From: an uncultured Bacillota bacterium
GTDB taxonomy: Bacteria > Sysuimicrobiota > Sysuimicrobiia > Sysuimicrobiales > Segetimicrobiaceae
NCBI GenBank assembly: GCA_963804645.1
Contig: CAWDRG010000017.1
Location: forward strand, 352,001-416,000
DNA length: 64,000 nucleotides
Reading direction: 5' to 3'
Under the pieces are notes generated by a model, which saw only the letters and a program-made list of their open reading frames with translations, was not told the origin of the DNA and searched no databases. The translations under genes and the position numbers were made by a program. Below, one piece after another: positions 1 to 8,617 of this stretch. Each line of letters starts with the position of its first letter. Position 1 is the stretch's first letter.

Positions 1-182
1 GCGATGCGCGCCCCGATACGAGTCCGACACGTCGACAAGTCGATGTCCGTCAGCATCACTACGCCGGACTTGCCCGCGAGCAACCCCGTCCAAAACTGGT
101 CCACCGAGCACCCGAGCGGACTCGCCACCCCGAGACCTGTAATGACGACTCGCTGGCAGTCAACACTGCGCCCCTCAGGCAC
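1..182 (-). CDS. fabF: beta-ketoacyl-ACP synthase II (FabF-like), N-terminal part, runs off the window edge
   Basis: Manual minus-strand translation from GTG 182: VPEGRSVDCQRVVITGLGVASPLGCSVDQFWTGLLAGKSGV..., the typical KAS I/II N-terminus. Overlaps the stop of the FabH-like gene. Not in the ORF track. Confidence 0.8.
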   Translation of the reverse strand, partial: MPEGRSVDCQRVVITGLGVASPLGCSVDQFWTGLLAGKSGVVMLTDIDLSTCRTRIGARI

Positions 183-1242
183 GGTGTCTCGCGTCCTTCG
201 TCCAGCGCACGACAACCGCGCCGTAGATCCACTTGGTCGCTTCCGTCGGCAGAAGCACCAGCAGATCGTCGGATTGCAGCGCTCCCCCACGGTTCATGTG
301 GTCTAACGCCATGTAGATGCTTGCCGACACCGTATTCCCCACACGCGCAAAATCCGACACGATCTTCGCCTCTGAAATCCCCATCTGCGCGGCCGTCGTG
401 TTGATCAAATGACCGCTCACCTGTGGCGGAATGAAGAAATCGACCGTCGACAAGTCGTAGCCTTTCTGCTCCCGCAGCCACTGGGCCGCCGATTGAATCA
501 GCTCCGGCCCGTGCGTCATGATGGCTTGGAAATCATGATAGAAGAGCCTCTCGCGGCGACCATCGGCCAGTGGAGATCCCGCCGGCGACAGCGCCCCGCC
601 CGCTCGCAGCAGCATGGCGGCCGGCCGGCCCGTGCTGATCGACCGGGACATGCAATCAAGAATGCCGCCGCTCCCCGAACCCAGGGCCAGCACGGCCGCG
701 CCGGCACCGTCGCCAAACATCGAGATGCTCGTGAGAAAGTCTTTGTCTGTCTCGCGATCCTGCGGGTTGAACACTGCGATGAACGGCGAAATCAAATCAC
801 TCCCGATGAGCAACGCGCGTGTCGAGGTGCCCGCCGCCAGCAGATGGGACGCAATCATAAAGGCCTGTCCCATGCCGCCGCACCCGGCACGTAGTTCAAC
901 GACGCAGCAATTCGGGAGTCCAAGCTGTTCCTGCACGAACAGCACGGTGGCGGGAAACGGGTAGTCGGGGGTGCACGTGGACATCACGATCAGATCGATC
1001 GACTGTGGATCGATCTTCGCGTCCTGGATCGCTCGGCGCGCGGCAGTGGTCGCCATGCTCGCGTTCGTCTCGCCCGGCCGGAGCGCAAGCGTTTCCAGAT
1101 CGATGGCAAAGTGGCGGGTGCGTGCACCCAGCATCTCAGAGAGCCACAATACCTGACGTCCGAACACGGCCGCTAACTGCTCGTTACTGATGGGTTCTCC
1201 CGGCAGATACGAGCCGGTGCCAATTATTTCCACGGTTGTCAT
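175..1242 (-). CDS. 3-oxoacyl-ACP synthase III (FabH-like) family protein, atypical active site
   Basis: IIGTGSYLP N-terminus, STCTPDYPFPATV, AGCGG catalytic Cys, FGDGAGA, GNTVSAS. The usual PHQAN appears as PPQVS. Confidence 0.88.
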   Translation of the reverse strand: MTTVEIIGTGSYLPGEPISNEQLAAVFGRQVLWLSEMLGARTRHFAIDLETLALRPGETNASMATTAARRAIQDAKIDPQSIDLIVMSTCTPDYPFPATVLFVQEQLGLPNCCVVELRAGCGGMGQAFMIASHLLAAGTSTRALLIGSDLISPFIAVFNPQDRETDKDFLTSISMFGDGAGAAVLALGSGSGGILDCMSRSISTGRPAAMLLRAGGALSPAGSPLADGRRERLFYHDFQAIMTHGPELIQSAAQWLREQKGYDLSTVDFFIPPQVSGHLINTTAAQMGISEAKIVSDFARVGNTVSASIYMALDHMNRGGALQSDDLLVLLPTEATKWIYGAVVVRWTKDARHRA

Positions 1243-1316
1243 GGCTCACCAGTCGTTTGCCGTCCCCCACGGATAGTCCTCCACCCGTGATGTGGCGTGT
1301 TCACGGCGGCGCGTGC

Positions 1317-2054
1317 TCAGAGCTTCAAGAGGGAGAAGACCACCGGCGCGAGGAACAAATTCGCCCCGTGTGTCAGAATGCAGGGCCACAACGATCGCGT
1401 GCGATAGTACGCCCACGCCCAGAACAGCGCCAACCCCGCAGCCCACACGAAGTACGCCGCCCCAGCCACGACCGGGTAGGCCGGGAGCAGATAGACCAGT
1501 TGCACGGCATGGCGGAGGCCGAACAAGAACGCCGAGATGACCGCGGCCTTGGTTGGAGACATATGATACATGAGTCCCTTGAACAGGAACCCGCGGTAGA
1601 AGAATTCTTCGCCGAACATGGGCCAGATACCCACCAACAAATACCCGACGAGCACCACAGTCATTCGACCGTAACGCATGATGTAGAGATGGCCAAAGAG
1701 CTTGTACGTGGCGAGGAGGTTCCAGTTCGGATCCCCGATTCTCCCCGCCGCACGTAACAGCACACTGTACAGCACGAGATAGGCGCCGATAAAAAGCAGG
1801 GCCAGCGTGAATGGCGCAACCACGAGACGAAGATCAGCGACGAGCTCCCGCCAGGGATTACCGACGGGAAGACACCTAAACCAAACGGGAATGAGTACCG
1901 TCAAGAGCGCATACGCGATCGGAAACGGCGCGTAGATCCAGCCTTTCCAACTCTCCACCAGCGCCAGTCCGGTGACGGCCAGCCCGATGGACAGCATCGC
2001 CGCAGGCGAGACGCTCCGGAGGCCGCTCCGCATCTCGGCGAGTTTGGCGTTCAT
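1317..2054 (-). CDS. CPBP/Abi (CAAX protease-like) intramembrane metalloprotease
   Basis: EEFFYRG, FGLRH and HGAN motifs with many hydrophobic segments. Start uncertain (ATG 2054 or 2120). Confidence 0.85.
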   Translation of the reverse strand: MNAKLAEMRSGLRSVSPAAMLSIGLAVTGLALVESWKGWIYAPFPIAYALLTVLIPVWFRCLPVGNPWRELVADLRLVVAPFTLALLFIGAYLVLYSVLLRAAGRIGDPNWNLLATYKLFGHLYIMRYGRMTVVLVGYLLVGIWPMFGEEFFYRGFLFKGLMYHMSPTKAAVISAFLFGLRHAVQLVYLLPAYPVVAGAAYFVWAAGLALFWAWAYYRTRSLWPCILTHGANLFLAPVVFSLLKL

Positions 2055-2155
2055 CCTATCCGCAGGTACCGGAAACGCCCAGCGCAACGGTGTGCCCCCG
2101 TTGACCGGTCGCGATCTCATGCCGGCCCCGACCGTGGGCTCGGAACGTCCGGCGC

Positions 2156-3010
2156 CTAGGCAAGAGACGCGTAGAACTCTCGAATCACTTTGTTCACCGC
2201 GGCCCCATCGACGTAGTTCACAAAGTGCTGTCCATCGACGATGACGACGGCCTGGGACCCAGTGGGCAGAAGGCGCGCCATCCGTTGGGCTTGGCTCACA
2301 GACACGACCCGGTCGTGATCTCCACAGATGACGACGCATGGCACTTGAAGCTCGCCGGCGACGGGGCGATGCTCGGTCAGGTTGGGCAGGATGCTGTTCT
2401 TAAAGAGGCGCGTGAGGTCGGGAATCGTGGCGGCGCGTTCCACGATCCATTTCGGTTGAATCTGCGTTCCGCCGACAAACTTTCCCAACATGCCGGCGAA
2501 AACACGGGACGGGACACATCCTTCGATTGGAAACTGCGACAGCAGGCGCAGAAGAAATTGAAACGGCTGGGGGAACGCATACTTGTCGGCCAGCCCAATA
2601 AACACGATCGATCGGCATTTCTCCGGCCATCGCTTTGCCAGATAGTATGCCGCGGACCCGGTATCACCCCACACGATGATGTGCGTGCGCTCAAGCCCGA
2701 GTCGCTTCATCAGCGACACCGCCTCATTGGCGCGATCGGCGATTCCGACGCGTGATCGCGCGCTCAGGCGGGGTTTGTACAGGATCATGCGATGGTTGGA
2801 CTGGAATTCCTCGATTTGAGCCGCATACACGAAGTTGAGTTCCGGCGTCATCGGAAGCAGAAGGATTGGATCTCCCTGTCCAGAATCAAAGACTTCCAGG
2901 GGATCTCCACCGTCCACGGTCAACGTATGCATGTGGAGATCGATTGACTGCTGATCGCTATTCGCTTGATCCAAGAGAGACCCGGGCACCCAGGAGCGCG
3001 TCCATGCCAT
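2156..3010 (-). CDS. alpha/beta fold hydrolase
   Basis: GQGDPILLL, elbow WGDTG, GDHDRVV (acid), GQHFVN (His). Confidence 0.8.
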   Translation of the reverse strand: MAWTRSWVPGSLLDQANSDQQSIDLHMHTLTVDGGDPLEVFDSGQGDPILLLPMTPELNFVYAAQIEEFQSNHRMILYKPRLSARSRVGIADRANEAVSLMKRLGLERTHIIVWGDTGSAAYYLAKRWPEKCRSIVFIGLADKYAFPQPFQFLLRLLSQFPIEGCVPSRVFAGMLGKFVGGTQIQPKWIVERAATIPDLTRLFKNSILPNLTEHRPVAGELQVPCVVICGDHDRVVSVSQAQRMARLLPTGSQAVVIVDGQHFVNYVDGAAVNKVIREFYASLA

Positions 3011-3349
3011 CTGCTATCCCCCTTGCGCCGTTGACCCCTGGATGAAGCCTCCGGATCGGCACCAATTCCTCGGTCTGCCCGCACGTCGGTTCGCCGGGCG
3101 TCTCATTCAGTCGCGCCGCTCCTCGCTCCCTGATTGCGCCTCCCGATCGAAGCGCCTTCGCATCAGAAAGGCGCACGATGACGGCCCGCCACACCGGTGC
3201 GCCCACCTCTCCTGCGGTCGTCCAGGCGCCCGCGCCTGTGCGTCTCCAAGGTTTTGCTCCCCGATCACCGATGTCCTGTCTCTCTGGGCGGTCGCCTCAC
3301 TCCTCCGACCACGCGGCGAACTGGGGAAACTCCTCGAAAGGACGCACGC

Positions 3350-4246
3350 ATGGTAGGTCACCGAGTGCCAAGCGTGGGCGCAGCCGTGGTGACGGGAACC
3401 TCGAGTGGAATCGGCGAGGCATGTGCCTTGCGCTTGGACCAGTCGGGCTTTCGAGTCTTCGCGGGCGTCCGCCGGGAGGCGGATGGCGCGACGCTACGGG
3501 GCCGGGCATCTGATCGCCTGACCCCGATTCTCCTCGACGTCACGGATGCCGAGTCCATCAGCTCCGCCGTGCGCGTCGTGACGGCGGCCGTCGGACCGGC
3601 TGGGTTAGCTGGATTGGTCAATAATGCCGGCATCCTCGTTGCCGGCCCTCTCGAATTTCTTCCGGTGTCGGAAATCCGCAAGCAGTTTGAGGTCAACACC
3701 ATCGGGCAGATCGCGGTGACGCAGGCGTTTCTCCCGCTCCTTCGACACGGTCAGGGTCGGATTGTCAACATGGGGTCGGTCGGCGGCAGACTTGCCATGC
3801 CGTTCATCGGGCCGTACAATGCATCGAAGTTCGCGATGGAGGCGTTCACCGCCGCCCTTCGTATTGAGCTCCGCGCGTGGAATATCCCCGTCTCCATCAT
3901 CGAACCCGGCTTTATCGCCACGCCGCTTTGGGAACGCTCCCTCGCCAGCGCGGACGCCATGCTCGAGACCTTCCCGCACGAAGCCGACCAGCTCTACGGC
4001 GAATTGATCGCGGCAACACGCGAGTCTTACATGAAGGTGGGTAAACCGGGGATCCCTGCCGATGCGGTCGCCAGGACCGTCGTCGAGGCGCTCACCGCCG
4101 CGAGACCCAAGACGCGGTACGTTGTGGGGAGAGGTACCAACCTGCAGACCGTGCTGCTCGCGAGCCTACCCGATCGGCTTCGCGACTTCCTTATTTCCTA
4201 TTGGTTGCGAAAAACCGCGAAGGGAGGCTCCGCCTCCCGTCCGTGA
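3350..4246 (+). CDS. short-chain dehydrogenase/reductase (17beta-HSD/RDH-like)
   Basis: TGTSSGIG, LVNNAG, YNASK catalytic motif, IIEPG. GAAAGGA RBS before ATG 3350. Confidence 0.92.
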   Translation: MVGHRVPSVGAAVVTGTSSGIGEACALRLDQSGFRVFAGVRREADGATLRGRASDRLTPILLDVTDAESISSAVRVVTAAVGPAGLAGLVNNAGILVAGPLEFLPVSEIRKQFEVNTIGQIAVTQAFLPLLRHGQGRIVNMGSVGGRLAMPFIGPYNASKFAMEAFTAALRIELRAWNIPVSIIEPGFIATPLWERSLASADAMLETFPHEADQLYGELIAATRESYMKVGKPGIPADAVARTVVEALTAARPKTRYVVGRGTNLQTVLLASLPDRLRDFLISYWLRKTAKGGSASRP

Positions 4247-4318
4247 GACTCCGGGTAGCGATGTCTCATGAAGCTGACGCCCCGGTCATGTCGACGTGAG
4301 ACACGCCGGTCCCGCGAT

Positions 4319-5788
4319 CTAGGAACGCCGAAGAAGCTTCTGCGAGATTTCCCGGAAACTCGTCCACCCCGCGATCAAAAACGCGCTCGATACCGAGAAG
4401 AGAAGCAGCCATGTTTCCGGATAATTCCGTCCGACAGCCAGGACCAGGGCGATCAGCGCCAGCACGCCGACCACGATCTCCAGCGCGGCAATCCGCGCCG
4501 AGCTCTCGAGCCACCGCCTCCTGCTGCTTCGTATCACGGCATCGGCGCCGGGCCTCGGGGTGGGAACAAACTCCATGGTGGAGCGTCTGATCGTGTCCCA
4601 GAATCCCGCCAAGATGGAGACCGACACACCGATCGCCAGCGGGAGCGCCCGCAGTACTAGGATGCCCCGTCCCTGCCAGTCCCGGTAGAGCAGCTTCTCC
4701 GACAGGAGCACCTCCAACGCCGGCGGAAACAGCACCAGGGTCGCCATGAGCCCGACCTGCGCGGTGAGCCAGATCCCCGATCGCGGAAGTCCAAGCCCCA
4801 CGTAGAGTCCAGTGGCCAAGGCCACGAGCAGCAGGCAGGGCATACTGAGCTCGAGGTGCAGCAGGGAGAGTTCCAGAAACTTGTTGCCGATCCCGCTGCG
4901 TCGCTTGAACGCCTGGCGCCAATGGTCAAAAAAGATGCGTAGGGCCGCCCGAGCCCATCGTCGCTGCTGGTTCTTATACGCGAGGTAGGTTTCGGGCAGT
5001 TCACTGCTCGACAGCGCCTCATCCACAAACGCGACGGTCCAACCAGCGATTTGAGCTCGGCAACTGAGGTCGATGCCGTCATCGGTGAACGGCGCCTCGC
5101 GCCACCCACCGAGCGCGTCAATCACGCTCCTCCGCCAGACGCCATTCGTACCGAGATAGATGCTCGACTCGCCCATCGTTTGCCGAATCGCGTCGAAACA
5201 AAACAGGCTGTCAAGCACCCCTGCCTGAAGCATCGTCAGCGGCGACGTCGAATCGTTTAGGAAATCCCATCGCGCGTGCACGGCACCCACCCGGTCGTTC
5301 TGAAAGCACGGGACCGTTTTCAGCAGAAAATCCGAGTGCGGGACAAAATCGGCGTCGAAGATCGTCACCAGGTCGCCGTTCGCTCGGAGGTGCCCGTAGT
5401 TCAACGCGCCCGACTTGTACCCCGCTCTCTCGCTCCGATGAACGTACTCGACCCGAATCGGCCCGTCCCGGTATGCGTCAACGATCTCCGCGGCGAGTCT
5501 CGCCGCATCGCCCTCCGAGTCGTCGAGTACCTGCACGGCCAACCGCCCCGCGGGGTACTGCATCTGCACGACAGCGGACAGCAATCGGTGCAGCACCTGG
5601 TGTTCCCGGTACACGGGGAGTTGGACCACGACCGATGGCCACACTCCACCCGTGGACGGCCACGCGTCAGGGCTGGACGGGCTGTGCCTCCGTCGCCGCT
5701 CGGTGAACAAATAATAGATGATGACGACGACTCGGAGTTCTGCCAAAATGAAAAACACCAACCCGAGGTACAGAACAAAAATGAGCAT
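4319..5788 (-). CDS. membrane GT2 glycosyltransferase (cellulose-synthase-like)
   Basis: QLPVY, LDDS, GYKSGALN, FDADF, QQRRWA, C-terminal TM helices. AAGGAG RBS before ATG 5788. Confidence 0.9.
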   Translation of the reverse strand: MLIFVLYLGLVFFILAELRVVVIIYYLFTERRRRHSPSSPDAWPSTGGVWPSVVVQLPVYREHQVLHRLLSAVVQMQYPAGRLAVQVLDDSEGDAARLAAEIVDAYRDGPIRVEYVHRSERAGYKSGALNYGHLRANGDLVTIFDADFVPHSDFLLKTVPCFQNDRVGAVHARWDFLNDSTSPLTMLQAGVLDSLFCFDAIRQTMGESSIYLGTNGVWRRSVIDALGGWREAPFTDDGIDLSCRAQIAGWTVAFVDEALSSSELPETYLAYKNQQRRWARAALRIFFDHWRQAFKRRSGIGNKFLELSLLHLELSMPCLLLVALATGLYVGLGLPRSGIWLTAQVGLMATLVLFPPALEVLLSEKLLYRDWQGRGILVLRALPLAIGVSVSILAGFWDTIRRSTMEFVPTPRPGADAVIRSSRRRWLESSARIAALEIVVGVLALIALVLAVGRNYPETWLLLFSVSSAFLIAGWTSFREISQKLLRRS

Positions 5789-5927
5789 AGCGCTCCTTCG
5801 GCAGCGACGTCCGTCAAATACGTTGCGGTGACTCCCTGCTCCTCTTCGCGCGATCGCATCGTGTGTGCACACGATCACCCACGCACGCCTCGATCGCCCC
5901 GCGGCCTCGCCGCACCGCCGTCTCGAC

Positions 5928-5956
5928 TTGCCCCGTCGGGGAGCGGGTGCTAGCAT
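5928..5956 (+). promoter_or_regulatory. putative sigma70 promoter for the btaA-like gene
   Basis: TTGCCC-N17-TAGCAT with TGn extended -10. Confidence 0.4.
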
Positions 5957-6017
5957 ACAGGCGAGACACCATGAGGAGTCCCCTTCCCTGACGCCTGCGG
6001 CATCGCCCCAGCCACGC

Positions 6018-6051
6018 AAGGCCTTCGTCGAGTGGGGCCTTTTGTCTTTTT
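6018..6051 (+). terminator. terminator-like hairpin in the 5' leader of the btaA-like gene
   Basis: AAGGCCTT...GGGCCTT stem followed by TTGTCTTTTT. Confidence 0.4.
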
Positions 6052-6121
6052 CAGGCCCGGCCATGGTCAGGGTCATACGGCACTCCCGTCACGTCCATGG
6101 CGCATCGGAGAGGGCATCGCG

Positions 6122-7345
6122 GTGCGCGCTGCGATAGGCCGCGTGATGGAGCAAGTCTACTTTCGCGGCATCGTCTTTAACCAGTCATGGGAAGATCCAG
6201 AAATGGACCGGCAGGCCCTTCAGATTGCGCGGGATCGGGACGTCGTCGTCTCCGTGACGTCCGGCGGCTGCAATAGTCTCAACCTGTTGTGCTTGAGCCC
6301 AAAAGAAATCATCTGTATCGATTCGAACCCGGCCCAAACGTATCTGATGGACCTCAAGTTGGCCGGCATCCGACAGCTTGACTACGACGACTTTTTCGGA
6401 TTCTTTGGAGCGACGACCCCCGAGCGCTCAAAAACGCTCTACGACTCAGCGTTGCGTGACGCGCTGCCCGCTCCGGCACGCCGATTTTGGGATCGCAACA
6501 TTCGACTATTTCAAAAGGGCATATACTCTCAGGGAAAATTGGGACTATTCTTGCGCTTCGTTCGCCTCTGCCTGCGCAGCAGTCTCCGAGAGCCGGTCAT
6601 TCGTGACTTCTTTCACGTCGAAAGCCTGACGGAGCAGCGGGAGTACTACGCCACCAAGATCGCCCCCAAAATCTGGCGCAGCCCGCTGCTACGGATCTTG
6701 AATTCCCGAGTCCTCATGTATCTGGCCGGGATGCATCCCAAGCAGTATGACTTGATCGACCACCACATGGGGATCGAACAGTTCATTCGAGCACGGGTCG
6801 ACCACTTGCTCACCAGCATACCGGTGCGCACAAACTATTTCCTCGCGCAGGCGGCGTTAGGCGGATATCTTGACCGCGAAAGCGTTCCGCCATATCTGCT
6901 CGAGGCCAACTTCGTGACGCTCAAGCGCAACGTCGATCGAGTCACAAATGTGACCGATCGGCTGGATGCGTATCTTGACCAAAGGGCCGACGCGTCGATC
7001 GACAAATTCAATCTGCTGGACATCTTCGACTGGATGGATCCGACCATGTTTCGAACCACGCTGAGCGGTGTCGTTCGAGTCGGCTCCGAGGGCGGACGGT
7101 TTATCTACCGCTCCACCGTTCGAGTCCTTCCGCCGCCAGATGAACTCCTCGGCATGGTCGTGGGTGAGCCAGACTTGGCCGCGGACCTACTCCAATCGGA
7201 TCGTTCGGGACTGTACAGCAGTTTTTATGTGTACCGCATCTGTAAGACCGGCGGCGAGCTCGAAGCATCGGCCCTCGCGCTGCGCCCACGCCTCGCCACA
7301 GAGATCGGGACTCTCAGACGTGAGCAGGATACGACGGTTGGGTAG
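6122..7345 (+). CDS. BtaA-like (DUF3419) SAM-dependent 3-amino-3-carboxypropyl transferase
   Basis: FNQSWEDPEMD, TSGGCNSL, IDSNPAQ, NYF, PPYL, LLDIFDWM, DRSGLYSSF. Start GTG 6122 or ATG 6146. Confidence 0.85.
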   Translation: MRAAIGRVMEQVYFRGIVFNQSWEDPEMDRQALQIARDRDVVVSVTSGGCNSLNLLCLSPKEIICIDSNPAQTYLMDLKLAGIRQLDYDDFFGFFGATTPERSKTLYDSALRDALPAPARRFWDRNIRLFQKGIYSQGKLGLFLRFVRLCLRSSLREPVIRDFFHVESLTEQREYYATKIAPKIWRSPLLRILNSRVLMYLAGMHPKQYDLIDHHMGIEQFIRARVDHLLTSIPVRTNYFLAQAALGGYLDRESVPPYLLEANFVTLKRNVDRVTNVTDRLDAYLDQRADASIDKFNLLDIFDWMDPTMFRTTLSGVVRVGSEGGRFIYRSTVRVLPPPDELLGMVVGEPDLAADLLQSDRSGLYSSFYVYRICKTGGELEASALALRPRLATEIGTLRREQDTTVG

Positions 7346-8318
7346 CGTCCATCTCGCAGAGCAGGTTGACGCGGTCGTTGCCGAGGCGGCGTATCTCTCG
7401 CAAAATCTTGGGTGCATCGGCCGGAAACTCCACCCGCTGCAGGGCACGACCCGCCATCGAGATTTTGCGAAAGCCGCAGTTCTGGAGCGCCCCCCAGAAT
7501 TCCTCGATCGTCGTGCCCGCGCGAGACAATGCCTTCGGATTCAACTCGACGATCAACTTCATGGTCGGATTGCGTCGACCGAGTTCGACCATGCCTTCTA
7601 ACGCCGATTTCTCGAACCCCTCGATGTCCAATTTGATCAGATCGACAGCCGGCCAATTCTGCTGGGCCGCCCACTCATCGAGCGTGGTACATTCGACCGC
7701 CATGCGAGTCACGGTCCCCGGATGAGGCGCCCGTGGGGTGGCACCTAGATGCGCCGTAACGTCCAGGCGCGTGTCTGTGTCCTCGCAGAGACGAGACAGC
7801 ATGCTTTCGGCCGGATCGACATGCAGTATGGCGTGTCCGGACGTGTTGCTCACCGCCTGGGGGACCACGTGAATCTGCTGGTCGAAGCCGTTCTCCCGAA
7901 TATTCTCTCTCAGAAGTACAACCATGTTCGACGACGGCTCAAACGCCCACACCGTACCGCCCGGGCCGGCGAGACGGGCACTGAGCAGGCTAAAGTAGCC
8001 AAGATGCGCGCCGACGTCCAGCACCCTCATGCCTGACCCGACGACCTCCTTCAACAGCCTCACCACCTCGCGATCGTGCATCCCCATGGCCAACATCTGC
8101 ACATGGTACGATGGACGGCCCTCATGATGGATGCGCAGGCCCTCCAACGGGATGGGATTGAGTACGTTCACAAAGAAGGCATGGGGAAACAGCCGGTCAT
8201 GCACAACGTACCCAAGGCGCGCGAGAACAGGAGCGAACGGCCCGGAGTGATCGAACACCCAGGCCCCGGCCCGGTGAGCGGCGCGAAGGAGAGCCAACGT
8301 CGAGCTCGTCGAGCGCAT
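7314..8318 (-). CDS. FkbM family SAM-dependent methyltransferase
   Basis: VLDVGAHLGYFS, AFEP, TTLD, IKLDIEGFE. Start uncertain. Confidence 0.9.
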   Translation of the reverse strand: MRSTSSTLALLRAAHRAGAWVFDHSGPFAPVLARLGYVVHDRLFPHAFFVNVLNPIPLEGLRIHHEGRPSYHVQMLAMGMHDREVVRLLKEVVGSGMRVLDVGAHLGYFSLLSARLAGPGGTVWAFEPSSNMVVLLRENIRENGFDQQIHVVPQAVSNTSGHAILHVDPAESMLSRLCEDTDTRLDVTAHLGATPRAPHPGTVTRMAVECTTLDEWAAQQNWPAVDLIKLDIEGFEKSALEGMVELGRRNPTMKLIVELNPKALSRAGTTIEEFWGALQNCGFRKISMAGRALQRVEFPADAPKILREIRRLGNDRVNLLCEMDATQPSYPAHV

Positions 8319-8617
8319 GTCCCGTCCGCACGCTCCTCTCAGCATGGCCTCACACGATGCGCGAGGCATGCGGGTGCACGCAACCGATCTGAAGGAGAGG
8401 GTTGCAGGAGCGGACCTCTACGCCCCAAAAACCATTGGAATAGTACACGTTTCCGCGCGACTCTCCTCCCCGACGGGAGGGGCTGCGGCGGTGCACGACC
8501 ACCCGTGGCAATGTCGCAACGGACGGATCCAGGTTCGCGGCCTGGCGGGCTCGCCAGAGTGTCGCCGGGCCGTCACGCTCAGGGATCGGTCGTTCCAGTG
8601 TTGGGAGGAAACGTTGC

